Below are positions 45,666 to 55,690 of a stretch of DNA of 64,000 nucleotides, piece after piece. Source of the DNA: a virus; IMG/VR virus record IMGVR_UViG_3300035703_000047, positions 1 through 64,000 of that record, one strand, 5' to 3'. Both the position numbers and the translations under genes were made by a program. Under the pieces are notes generated by a model. It saw only the letters and a list, made by a program, of their open reading frames with translations, was not told the DNA's origin and ran no database searches. Within the stretch, counting starts at the first letter, position 1, and each line of letters begins with the position of its first letter.

Positions 45666-48074
45666 TTAAACGGTTCCAACAACCTCTTCAAAACTAATAC
45701 CAGTTCTGTTAGCAACAAAAGTTAGACCAATGAAATTGATTGATCTTGCAGGTTTTATAAAAATATCAGCCCTAAATTGATTTGAGTCAATTACATCTGG
45801 TGTATTATTTGATTCGTCACAAACAACTAGGAAATCTGTAATTCCTCTCTTTGACTTAACATCACGAAGATATGGTTCAACGATATTATTGAAGTTGGAT
45901 CTTGTAATAACATCATTGAATTCGAAGAGTTGAGCCTTTGCCGCTCTTTGAATTGTATCCTCAATAGTTAAGAATAAACGACGAACATTGATTCTATCAA
46001 ATGCGCTTGCATAAGATAATGCAGTTTTATCACCGAAAAGAAGTATTCCAGATCCTGGTGAGAATATCACAGGATTGATTCTCTTAGGATAAAGTAAATC
46101 TCTTTGAGCTTGAGATGGATTATATGCAAGTTTAACAGCATTATTAATTGTACCTCTCGAAGATCCAGCAGGAGAGAACCACGGATAGTTATTGATAGAT
46201 GTTCTTGCCATCAATCCAGCAATATCTGCATTTAGTGGAATATATCTAAACTGATTATTAAATCTATCATACATGTACTTATATCCAGAATCAAATACTG
46301 CATATGATGAAGAATTTATAGAATCAAAGAACTTAATGACATTATCTGTCTGAACATCACTATTTGCAATATTGACAATTCCAGATTTTGCTGGTGAAAT
46401 ACACGCAATACAATCTTTTCTATTCTCTACAATATCAATCAATCTATTTGCTTTTGCTTGTGATTCGATTAAACTAATACCACCATCAGGACCTGCGATT
46501 AAGAAATTAATTTCATATTCTGTAGGATTTCTAAAAATTTCATAAGAACTAATAATATCACCTAATGTGGCTGCCATTCCTCCATTCGCAGAAGAATAAT
46601 CATAACCATTAGATAGTCTATAAGACTTATTTCCAAAACATCCAAAATTAACTCCAGAAGATTCTTGTGAAGGAGCTATAGTTCCACCACTAGCCTGAAC
46701 ATAACCATTGATATTAGTGAACTTGACTCCAGTAACTGCATCACTACTGCCAGCAAAAATATAAGAAGATGCATTTGACAGATAAGTTTTAACGTAAATA
46801 TTTTCTGATGGAGAAATTCTACCGTCTGTTGCTTTAGATAAGTTTGTAAATTTCTCTAAAATATTACCAGATGTCCCACTTATTGAACCATTTTCATCTA
46901 CAACAACAACATGAACCTCGTCATTTTTTCCACCCCTTTCCGATGCATACTGAGATGTCCCTGGTTTTGGTGCAATCGACTTCCAATAAACAGTTGAATT
47001 TGATAATCCTAAAGTTTGTTGGTCATACCAATCAACTGAAGTGTTTGAAGATTGTGTAAGTAACCCTTCACCAAATCCAGTTGTTCCATCAGTAACATTT
47101 CTACTATAGGTTACAATTAAACTAGTCGATGCATATGATACTGGAGATGCAGAATCTATTACGATTGCACCAGTACTAATAGCAACAATTCTTGCAGATA
47201 AAGCTCCATTTTCACTTCTAATCAAATCACCGACACTAAGAATTGATGTAGTGTCAATTGGAGTTTGGTCTGATGGATATGTAATTGTTGTAGATCCTAT
47301 GCCAATAGTCGCTGTATTTCTAAATCTATACTTTTCTAGTGATGTCGCAGTACCAACACTATTGAAAACTTGATAATAGTTTCCTGCACCATCTGGAATT
47401 TTATTTAATCCAGAAGATGTGTATGATACTTCAGTTGCAACTCCCGTTACTTCATTGTGCAAACTTACAATTTTGACATCAATATTATCCCTGTTTACTT
47501 TAGTAACAATTCCCTTCACATATCCAGAAAATAACTCAACTGTTCCTGAAGGAGTAGCATAAGTAGTTGAAAATCCACAAGTAATAGCAAATCCGGCAGA
47601 AATACCAAAAGTTCCAATCGCTATTCTTTGATCTGCAAGAGCATCGATAACGCAAACTTTTAACCCATTGCCCCATGATCCAGGATTTTTAGCTGCAAAA
47701 ATCCAATCGTTATCAGTGAAGTGATTATTAGAAAAATCTTCTTGACCAGTGATTTTGAGGTCAATAGGCGCGGATACAGGATAATTTGCATTTTTTAAAT
47801 TATCAGAATCCGTTCTAACTACTCTTAAAGTTCCTCCATAGGAAAGATATGAAGAAGCGGATAACCAGTATTCATATTGACTATCTGAATTTGATGGTTT
47901 ACCGAAAGTGTTCAATAAATCCTGTTCAGTTTCTATAAGTACTGGTTCACCTACCGGACCTTTTACAAATGGACCAGCAAAAGCCCCTACTTGATCATTT
48001 ACTGCATCAATTCTACCTACAGTAAGATCAACCTCTCGAACTTTTATTCCAGGTGATACTAAGTTTAGCGACAT
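45666..48074 (-). CDS. gp18: Tail sheath protein
   Basis: SPGIKVREVDLT, PWFSPAG, FDRINVRRLF. Confidence 0.96.
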   Translation of the reverse strand: MSLNLVSPGIKVREVDLTVGRIDAVNDQVGAFAGPFVKGPVGEPVLIETEQDLLNTFGKPSNSDSQYEYWLSASSYLSYGGTLRVVRTDSDNLKNANYPVSAPIDLKITGQEDFSNNHFTDNDWIFAAKNPGSWGNGLKVCVIDALADQRIAIGTFGISAGFAITCGFSTTYATPSGTVELFSGYVKGIVTKVNRDNIDVKIVSLHNEVTGVATEVSYTSSGLNKIPDGAGNYYQVFNSVGTATSLEKYRFRNTATIGIGSTTITYPSDQTPIDTTSILSVGDLIRSENGALSARIVAISTGAIVIDSASPVSYASTSLIVTYSRNVTDGTTGFGEGLLTQSSNTSVDWYDQQTLGLSNSTVYWKSIAPKPGTSQYASERGGKNDEVHVVVVDENGSISGTSGNILEKFTNLSKATDGRISPSENIYVKTYLSNASSYIFAGSSDAVTGVKFTNINGYVQASGGTIAPSQESSGVNFGCFGNKSYRLSNGYDYSSANGGMAATLGDIISSYEIFRNPTEYEINFLIAGPDGGISLIESQAKANRLIDIVENRKDCIACISPAKSGIVNIANSDVQTDNVIKFFDSINSSSYAVFDSGYKYMYDRFNNQFRYIPLNADIAGLMARTSINNYPWFSPAGSSRGTINNAVKLAYNPSQAQRDLLYPKRINPVIFSPGSGILLFGDKTALSYASAFDRINVRRLFLTIEDTIQRAAKAQLFEFNDVITRSNFNNIVEPYLRDVKSKRGITDFLVVCDESNNTPDVIDSNQFRADIFIKPARSINFIGLTFVANRTGISFEEVVGTV

Positions 48075-48157
48075 GTCTTTCCCCTCTGAAGAAGTTCAAC
48101 TTAACTACAAATATTTATTATTTGATAACTTTATATTGGGGAAATCGCTAATGAACA

Positions 48158-48388
48158 TTACCAATCTGGATATTGCCAGTACAAATTTGTAGATTTTTGT
48201 TTTCTATTACTAATAATTCTTCTTTTTGTACACTCTTTACATTCGTATGAATATGCTGAAGGTATGTCACCCCTACCTTTGCGTGTCAAATAAAATCCAT
48301 CTATAAGATCTTTAATTTCTGCACAAACTCTACATTTTCGTTCAGTGAGAAATAGATGTTCTAATTCAAACTGATCTTCTATATTCAT
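48158..48388 (-). CDS. Small Zn-finger-like protein
   Basis: CRVC...CKEC. Confidence 0.7.
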   Translation of the reverse strand: MNIEDQFELEHLFLTERKCRVCAEIKDLIDGFYLTRKGRGDIPSAYSYECKECTKRRIISNRKQKSTNLYWQYPDW

Positions 48389-50037
48389 TATCTATAGTCC
48401 CACATATATTGACTATCTCCATATTCATCAACATGCCATCTATTACCATCTTCATCCACAAAACTCTCACCACCTTCCAGTCCATCAGTAATAAATCCGA
48501 ATGGTGCCATATCTTGTTCAATTTGATTCTTTTGTTCTTCATATAATCTTTTACGAACATCATTATCGGTCATCTCTTTGAAATATGGTTGCATAATCAA
48601 CCATGAAAAAATAACTAAACACATTGCGAGATCATCATTACAACCATCTTCTGCTTCAAAGGAGTTTGACTTTTGAATAAAAGTTGTCAATTCACTTATA
48701 GTGTCATAGTCCTTTATAAGAAGTTTATCGGATTCAATTAATGCCTTAAGATTCATACATCCAATCTTTTTAACATTCTTTGACATTTTAACTCCCATTT
48801 GAGATTTCTTTCCAGAAAATCCCTGCCCAACTAATTGTCCGGCTCGACCTCTCATCGTACACATTAAGACATTATCGTACTCCAAGTCCATGTGGAGGAT
48901 TTGTCCTACTTGTTCTCCAACATCATTTACTTCTACAAGAATATATGCTTTATTATAAGCAACAGCAAGATCTTTTATGATACTTGGAAACAACATCGGT
49001 TTAATTTGATTGTTTCTATATTTTGCTACAAGTCTATATGGAAATGTCGTTGTATCACAAACAGTGAATGCGGAGTAATCTTTTTCTACACCACGAGCTA
49101 CATCTACAGTTAAAACATAATTGTGATCTTTTTGTGGTTCCTCATAAATGTCCAATCCTGCATTAGATTTAATTGGATCTTCATACACTAAAGATCTGAG
49201 TTTTGCTGCAGATACAAGTGTATCCGAAGATCCCAAGAAATCACATTCAAACTCTTGTTGGAATTGTTCTTTTGAAGTGTTGGCTATCGTCTGGGCTTTC
49301 CACTTATCGTCTCTGCCTGGAACTTCAGACCAATGTACATCCGTGGGTATATATTCATTTCTACCCCTTTCGGCGTCATGCCACATGCGGTAAAAGTGAT
49401 TCATACCCTTGGGGGTAGAAACTATGATAACTTTTGTGCTTTGTCCAGACGATATAGTAGGATAAACAGAGGCAAAGAATTCATCAGCAATGTGATTCGG
49501 TATGAAAGCGAACTCGTCCAAAAAGATGATATTATATGATCCGCCTCGGACAGCAGATGCAGAAGTAGATGCGGCGATAATTTTGGAACCATTTTCCAGT
49601 TCTAAAGATCGTTTATTCCATGATACAATACCTTGTTGCATCCACTTCGGCAGTTTCTCGTATGCAAATTGTAACCTACTAAGTAAATCCTGTGCAGTAG
49701 ACGCTTTGTTGGCTAGAATAGCTATATTAACATTATCATTAAATACAGCATAATGTAACAAATATGAAACACAAGTAGTAGATTTACCCGTCTGACGAGG
49801 CATTCTACAAATATTAAATCTATTTTCATGGAAGTTGGTGATCAACTTTTCCTGAAAAGGATACATCTTAAACGGTATTTCACCATAATCAAGGGAAACA
49901 ATTTTAATATAATTTTTAGCAAAATACACAGGATCATTCTTGCACTTGATAAACTCAAGAATTTGTTCCTGTGTAAATTCTACGGCTACATTAGCCTTTT
50001 TGAGATTGGGATTACCAAGATATACCTGATCACTCAT
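48388..50037 (-). CDS. gp17: Terminase large subunit
   Basis: PRQTGKS, FLDEFAF, DVARG, NDDLAM. Confidence 0.97.
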   Translation of the reverse strand: MSDQVYLGNPNLKKANVAVEFTQEQILEFIKCKNDPVYFAKNYIKIVSLDYGEIPFKMYPFQEKLITNFHENRFNICRMPRQTGKSTTCVSYLLHYAVFNDNVNIAILANKASTAQDLLSRLQFAYEKLPKWMQQGIVSWNKRSLELENGSKIIAASTSASAVRGGSYNIIFLDEFAFIPNHIADEFFASVYPTISSGQSTKVIIVSTPKGMNHFYRMWHDAERGRNEYIPTDVHWSEVPGRDDKWKAQTIANTSKEQFQQEFECDFLGSSDTLVSAAKLRSLVYEDPIKSNAGLDIYEEPQKDHNYVLTVDVARGVEKDYSAFTVCDTTTFPYRLVAKYRNNQIKPMLFPSIIKDLAVAYNKAYILVEVNDVGEQVGQILHMDLEYDNVLMCTMRGRAGQLVGQGFSGKKSQMGVKMSKNVKKIGCMNLKALIESDKLLIKDYDTISELTTFIQKSNSFEAEDGCNDDLAMCLVIFSWLIMQPYFKEMTDNDVRKRLYEEQKNQIEQDMAPFGFITDGLEGGESFVDEDGNRWHVDEYGDSQYMWDYR

Positions 50038-50040
50038 AAA

Positions 50041-50217
50041 TTACGACTTCGCTAAATTCGCTACTACTTCCTGTTGTTTGAGATAAAGTTTAAAATAAGC
50101 CTTTGCAAACTCTATTGCTTCTTCTTTATCTAATTTATCTATAACCCTTGATTGTTGTTCATAAATCAACATTTTATTAATATCTTCAAGCACAATTTTA
50201 GAAGGGTCTATATTCAT
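50041..50217 (-). CDS. 58-aa NblA-like helical protein (below ORF-track cutoff)
   Basis: MNIDPSKIVLEDINKMLIYEQQSRVIDKLDKEEAIEFAKAYFKLYLKQQEVVANLAKS; fills the gap exactly. Confidence 0.6.
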   Translation of the reverse strand: MNIDPSKIVLEDINKMLIYEQQSRVIDKLDKEEAIEFAKAYFKLYLKQQEVVANLAKS

Positions 50218-50218
50218 T

Positions 50219-51862
50219 TTATTTACCTTGAATAACTACGATTGGTTTGGATGGATCAGTAGGACTTGGATACCACTGCAGTATAACTGCACCCGGATAG
50301 AACTTCTCAATTTCCGTTTTTACTTCATCTTTAGAAGGTCTCTTCATATTTGGGAAGAAGAGTTGAAGATTCATCATTGGTCTACCTCTCCAAGAGAAGA
50401 GTATAGTATAAACATTACCAGTAGATTGTATCCGTTGATAGTCCTCGTTTGTTAATTGTCCAGGTTGAATTACAGAATCTGCAAGAGGTAAAGAGGGGCC
50501 AGAAAGTTTTTTAAGTGCGGCGTTCTTTTCATTTGGATTAGTATTACCAGTTGCAAGATTTCTGATTTTTGCTTGCCTTTGTGCCTGTCTATGTCCAGAA
50601 CCAATTTCAAAACTCACATTCTCATTTGCTGGATGAATATCATTTGGATCATATGGATCTGGAGCTAGAGAAGCTGGAAGTGAAAACATTCTCCAATAAC
50701 CTTCACCATATCTACACTCTTTCATTGTTTCGTTCTTTTTACACTTAGGGCAATATCTCTGAACTTCCCCCATTTCCTGAAGTTCAAAAGATTCCTTCTT
50801 GGTCTTATTGCCCCAATTCTTTGCGCCCACTTTACGACACTTAACGAGAGCACCAGATGCATATGCAGATGGCCAAACCTTATAACGAGACTTTACCTTT
50901 GAATAACATGCATCTTTTTCTTCAGTCGCAACCATCTTTGCCTTACCCTTTCTATCGGGATTGGGGTCTTCTTGATTCTTACGACGGAATGCACTCTCCT
51001 CTTCCTTATCGGAAAGATCTGCTTTCATTTTACTTGAACCGCACTTTGGTTTGGTTGTTTGTCCTGGTTGTTTTGCACAGGGTTTTCCCGAGTATTTACC
51101 ACCCAATTGAACCCAACCAGGGGTGCCATCAGAAGCGCGACTCTTAGTAAACCAGTCACGCAAAGAATAATCACCACTCTTGTTTTCATTAATAAAATCC
51201 TCCTTCACACAATTAGGAACTACTTTCTTCCCCTTCTTCTTCATTCCAAGTTGTTTATATCCATCCCAACATTTCTCAAATACTGGTTCACTAAAGCTCT
51301 TAAATTTATAATCACTACCCTTAATAATATCAACAACGTGTGCAAAAGTATTGCCATTTGCATCGTGAAGTTCTGTCCACTCTTCCTTTACTTTTTCCAT
51401 CTTTTTGAGTTTGGAGTAGTAATTAGGAATTTCATCTAGATGTTGCAATGCAATATCCATTGCTTCATTATTATCTGTAGTATGTTCATGTTCAACTTTT
51501 ATCCCCATCTCAAGTTGTTTTTGGATGGTTGATGGGGATACTTTATGCTTTTTTGCGATTTCTTCTACTGACTTATGACCTTTGAATCCTTCTTTGACTT
51601 CTTTCTTTCTTTCAGTATCATCTTCTCCGTGAGAAAGATGATCAGCTACCGTATCAAGATACTCTGCAGCCTTTGTAATTTTTGATTGAACCCAAGCTTC
51701 TAAATCGCCTTCACCTTTAAGTTTAGTCATTAATCTGGTGATAGCAGCCTGTGCAGTTTTAAGTTCTCCACGAGCCATGGAAAACTCAAAGTCTTCCCCA
51801 AGAGGTGTAATAACTTCTAGATCTGCAAGAATAGACCACTCTTTAAATGTGAGTTTATCCAT
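50219..51862 (-). CDS. 547-aa modular late protein between gp16 and gp17, putative polyprotein
   Basis: About 9 unrelated short modules bounded by x-x-E sites. Confidence 0.8.
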   Translation of the reverse strand: MDKLTFKEWSILADLEVITPLGEDFEFSMARGELKTAQAAITRLMTKLKGEGDLEAWVQSKITKAAEYLDTVADHLSHGEDDTERKKEVKEGFKGHKSVEEIAKKHKVSPSTIQKQLEMGIKVEHEHTTDNNEAMDIALQHLDEIPNYYSKLKKMEKVKEEWTELHDANGNTFAHVVDIIKGSDYKFKSFSEPVFEKCWDGYKQLGMKKKGKKVVPNCVKEDFINENKSGDYSLRDWFTKSRASDGTPGWVQLGGKYSGKPCAKQPGQTTKPKCGSSKMKADLSDKEEESAFRRKNQEDPNPDRKGKAKMVATEEKDACYSKVKSRYKVWPSAYASGALVKCRKVGAKNWGNKTKKESFELQEMGEVQRYCPKCKKNETMKECRYGEGYWRMFSLPASLAPDPYDPNDIHPANENVSFEIGSGHRQAQRQAKIRNLATGNTNPNEKNAALKKLSGPSLPLADSVIQPGQLTNEDYQRIQSTGNVYTILFSWRGRPMMNLQLFFPNMKRPSKDEVKTEIEKFYPGAVILQWYPSPTDPSKPIVVIQGK

Positions 51863-51885
51863 TTATTTTTATAAGTTTCCTATTT

Positions 51886-52317
51886 TTATTTAGATTGATT
51901 CTGATTCACTGAACTCTTTAAAAACTTTTGAAGTTCTGCAGTAGATCCTAAGAATACCGCATTATTTGTAACGTTTGTTGGTATGGATCCTTTTTGTTCC
52001 TGATTAATATCTTTCATCTTCTTTTGAAGATCTATGAGTTTATCAGTAACATCTCCAACGTTTTTAATTAATTGTCCAGCAACTTCATATGCTCTTGGAG
52101 AATCAGATTCTTGTGCGAGTTCTAGAATACCATTAATCGCTTCTTGACCTTTTTCAATAATTGAATAGAGTTGACCTCTAGAATACTCATAATCTTTTTG
52201 AAGTTGATCTGAAGAGTCTGTAGGGTTCTTTATTGCAGTGGGTTCAGCCTTAACAATCTCCGATTGAATCAGAGTTGTTTCAATATCTAAAGCCTTATCG
52301 ATATCTTCAAAACTCAT
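51886..52317 (-). CDS. gp16: Terminase small subunit
   Basis: DYEYSR, PRAYEVA, FLGSTAEL. Confidence 0.93.
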   Translation of the reverse strand: MSFEDIDKALDIETTLIQSEIVKAEPTAIKNPTDSSDQLQKDYEYSRGQLYSIIEKGQEAINGILELAQESDSPRAYEVAGQLIKNVGDVTDKLIDLQKKMKDINQEQKGSIPTNVTNNAVFLGSTAELQKFLKSSVNQNQSK

Positions 52318-53363
52318 ACATCAATTCCTTTGGTGGTACTATAAATTTTTCCATCTGCAAAATCATAACGGGACTCACTAAATCCAAAATCATCATCGAG
52401 ATTGATTAATTCATCATCCGAATCATCAATTACATTGAGTCCTGTTCCAGCAACATGCGTAACAATACTAGTATTATCTTGACCTCTATTTACTAGTAGA
52501 GTATTACCACTAATTTTTCGAATGTACATAGACTCAGAATCAATCATAATATATGATTTTTCTACTAAAACTGATCCATCAACAACATCAAATTCTGTCA
52601 CTTCTGCAGAAATATCCTCTGCAATTTGTGTAATTTCATCATTATTATAATCTTGTAATGCTCTAACTTTTGCCATATACCTTAACTGTCTAGAAGCATT
52701 GACTCTATTTGTATTGGTATAATAATCAACTTGAACTTGTTTGATTAGAGCCTCATTTGGAGTTCCAACTGGACCAAAGAGATAAGTCTTAGCGACAAAA
52801 TCTAAAGTATAAACCAAAACTCTTCTTGTAGTATAATCACCTTCATATTGATCGTCCATCGAAATTCTTTCAAGAATCATTGGAATATCTCTTTTCTCTC
52901 CAATGTCTGATACTAAATCTACAGTCAGATTAAAATGTGGTTGAAAGTAAGGCAATATCTGTTCCACTACTTGCAAAGCATCTTCATTCAATTTAGACAT
53001 TATCGAAAGTCTGAAATTCACATTATATGGGACAGGCATATAAACTTTTGTCAATTCGTTATTTGACTTATCTAACGCTTTAAAAGTTTGCATGGTAGAA
53101 GATTTTCTAGCAGCATCATAAGAAATTCCGGTCATCTCAAAGGACATTCTGGGAAGAGTAATTGCCACTCTCTTTTTTAAGTCTGGAACTTGTTCAATTC
53201 TAGCTAAAAACTTTTGAACAGGACCATATGCAATAGGTACTGTAATAATACTAAAATCATCACCTGCATTATCTTTATGTTTAATTTGAATATTATTAAA
53301 AAGTGTCCCGAAAGCAACTATAGTCTTTCTCAATATTTCATGGTAAAAATAATTTGAGATCAT
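52314..53363 (-). CDS. gp15: Tail sheath stabiliser / completion protein
   Basis: YFYHEI, FGTLFNNI, LPRMSFE, EQILPYFQP. Confidence 0.92.
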   Translation of the reverse strand: MISNYFYHEILRKTIVAFGTLFNNIQIKHKDNAGDDFSIITVPIAYGPVQKFLARIEQVPDLKKRVAITLPRMSFEMTGISYDAARKSSTMQTFKALDKSNNELTKVYMPVPYNVNFRLSIMSKLNEDALQVVEQILPYFQPHFNLTVDLVSDIGEKRDIPMILERISMDDQYEGDYTTRRVLVYTLDFVAKTYLFGPVGTPNEALIKQVQVDYYTNTNRVNASRQLRYMAKVRALQDYNNDEITQIAEDISAEVTEFDVVDGSVLVEKSYIMIDSESMYIRKISGNTLLVNRGQDNTSIVTHVAGTGLNVIDDSDDELINLDDDFGFSESRYDFADGKIYSTTKGIDV

Positions 53364-53390
53364 TATAACTAACTGTAGAGTAATAATTAT

Positions 53391-54821
53391 TTAGTATTCA
53401 CCAAATGGATTCTTTTGACTAAAATCTAGAATATTGTCGGCAGCAATTTCAATTTCTATATTTTCAGCATACGCATCTAGAAAATCATTTGTTTGGACAG
53501 TTGATATTTTATAACTTGCACCAACACCTATTATAGCTTCACCTTTAGCAAAATTGCCATCAACAATAGAAACTTTAAGAATCCTATTTAAGGAATCCCA
53601 ACTTCTAACATATCCCGTAGTACCGGTTTTGGATCCGGTGACAACTTCATTGTAGTCATAATCTCCAAATGTAATTGCAGTAGGATCCGTAAAAGATATT
53701 GATGGTATAGTTGTATATCCAGCTCCAGCATTAGAGTATCGAACTGAAACCACTTCTCCACGAGAATTAAGAAGTGCCTCAGCTTGTGCATTTCTGATGT
53801 TAGAAGAAATGCCTGTACTTGTAGGAATAAAGGTTCTATCAATTATGACTTGTGGAGTTGTAGTATATCCAACTCCACCAGAAGAAATTCCAATTATTCC
53901 AAGAACTCTCGTGTTTATGACTGCAGTAGCAATTCCACCACTTCCACCACCTCCAGAAATACTTATAATTGGTGGTTCAGTATACCCAAATCCTGGATTT
54001 GTAATGAGAATTCTATCAATTGCAAGTTTTTGATTTGGAGATCTACTTGTCATAATTGCAACTGCGGTTGCAGTCTGTCCACCAGTTGGTGCGGTAGATA
54101 TAGAAACTGTAGGAGCAAAAGTATATCCAAATCCATCATTAATTAGATCAATATACTGAACAGATTTAGAGTTAGGATTAGTTGTTGCAAATCCAACTGT
54201 TGCTACAGCCGTAGTTGCACTGGTTCCCACCATTTGAATGGTGTATATATTTCCAAGATCTTTAATAGACTCATTTATCTCTATTCCTGCAGAATCAATT
54301 TCTGGAACATCGATAATTTCATCCTCATACTCAAATCTTTCACATCTTAATTCATAGACATATAAGTTATTAAGTTGATAAAAAGGTTTTTTGCCTTCAA
54401 CATATTTAATTTCAAATAAAGATTCATCCAATGGAAACCATATCAAATCACCCTCTTGTGGCCTATATGCAATCTTTCTTTCATCTTTTGGCCATAGTTT
54501 TAATAGTGGAGAAATAAAATCATCATATCTTTCTTTTGAAATTATAAGATTTATTTCATCATTACTTCTTACTCCAAATTTACTCAATAAATCTCCATTC
54601 CCACCAAACCCATCAAAATTCATTAGATAAGCCTCAATGCGAAAACTATCATCAAATTTTGATGCTACTACTTCTTTAATAACCGTATTTTCACCAATAA
54701 TTCTTCTGGGCATGTATAGAATATCTTGTCCATACATTTTAAGTTGTTCATTAATTAAATCTTGAATGAGTCTTTGCTCACTCGGAGATCCTTGTAAAAA
54801 GTAAGAATTGAGTGGTGACAT
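53391..54821 (-). CDS. gp14: Neck protein with an inserted repeat region
   Basis: RPQEGDLIWFP, PFYQL..YVYELRCE, C-terminal NPFGEY. Confidence 0.9.
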   Translation of the reverse strand: MSPLNSYFLQGSPSEQRLIQDLINEQLKMYGQDILYMPRRIIGENTVIKEVVASKFDDSFRIEAYLMNFDGFGGNGDLLSKFGVRSNDEINLIISKERYDDFISPLLKLWPKDERKIAYRPQEGDLIWFPLDESLFEIKYVEGKKPFYQLNNLYVYELRCERFEYEDEIIDVPEIDSAGIEINESIKDLGNIYTIQMVGTSATTAVATVGFATTNPNSKSVQYIDLINDGFGYTFAPTVSISTAPTGGQTATAVAIMTSRSPNQKLAIDRILITNPGFGYTEPPIISISGGGGSGGIATAVINTRVLGIIGISSGGVGYTTTPQVIIDRTFIPTSTGISSNIRNAQAEALLNSRGEVVSVRYSNAGAGYTTIPSISFTDPTAITFGDYDYNEVVTGSKTGTTGYVRSWDSLNRILKVSIVDGNFAKGEAIIGVGASYKISTVQTNDFLDAYAENIEIEIAADNILDFSQKNPFGEY

Positions 54822-54822
54822 A

Positions 54823-55653
54823 TCAACCTATAAGATCGAGTGGTGGTAATTCATATTCATCCTTCAACTGTTGTTCCAATTTTTCTATTTCTGCAACTCC
54901 ATCATCATATATTTGTCTACCATTAAGTTGAACTCCACCTGGGAGAAGAACCCCATTAAATTTAATCATATTTTGACCCCACTGTTTTTTAATTAAAGCT
55001 GTCAAATATTTTTTCAACCACCAATCATTATAAAGTTTTGGTGCGTCTGAAGGATCGACAATTCTATAACAGTCAATGATTACATACTCATTTTCACCAA
55101 CTTCCGACCAATCAATATCAAGATATAGTTTATGATTTTTCTTATTAAAACGGATCTGTGCATGGGGATTTAAAAGAAAATCCAAATCTTCAAGATACCT
55201 TTTAACCATTGCATAATTTAAAAGATCTAATGCACCATAATAATAAACATCGTTCAAAAATAATTGATATTTAATGTTAAAAAGTCCATCAGAGACCGTA
55301 CTTGAGTTTATTTTAAGAATATTATTAACGCCAATAATTGAATCTGGAAGTGGAAGGTAATTCACCCCTTCGACGTAAGTAAGAGAGGTTAATCCGGCTC
55401 CAACAACAGCTCCAGAAGTTGTGGAAGTACCTATAGGACCAGATTGCGAAAGAGTTCCTTTAGTTGCTGGAGTAAGTTTGTGCTTTAAAAACACACGATC
55501 AATACCATCATAGTGACGTTCATGATAGTATTGAATTGCATCATCAATTAAATTATCAATTTGATCATCATCTACATTTATTTCTAAAACCGGTTTTCCT
55601 AATTGTTTGAGACAGTATTCTTTCAACTCCGCTCTACTAGATGGCTGCGCCAT
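54823..55653 (-). CDS. gp13: Neck protein
   Basis: LGKPVLEINVDDDQ, KKQWGQN, LPGGVQLNG. Confidence 0.93.
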   Translation of the reverse strand: MAQPSSRAELKEYCLKQLGKPVLEINVDDDQIDNLIDDAIQYYHERHYDGIDRVFLKHKLTPATKGTLSQSGPIGTSTTSGAVVGAGLTSLTYVEGVNYLPLPDSIIGVNNILKINSSTVSDGLFNIKYQLFLNDVYYYGALDLLNYAMVKRYLEDLDFLLNPHAQIRFNKKNHKLYLDIDWSEVGENEYVIIDCYRIVDPSDAPKLYNDWWLKKYLTALIKKQWGQNMIKFNGVLLPGGVQLNGRQIYDDGVAEIEKLEQQLKDEYELPPLDLIG

Positions 55654-55690
55654 AAAAAAATACCCCTAGTCTTCTAGAGATATTTATTAA

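Noticed and set aside
49140-49620. Possibly divergent patch in gp17 (FQQEFECDFLGSS) as a homing co-conversion scar
   Set aside because: Cannot be judged without alignment to close relatives; the reading frame is intact
53640-54140. Repeated G.GYT..P.V/I motifs in gp14
   Set aside because: Common beta-repeat insert in cyanophage neck and baseplate proteins, not novel
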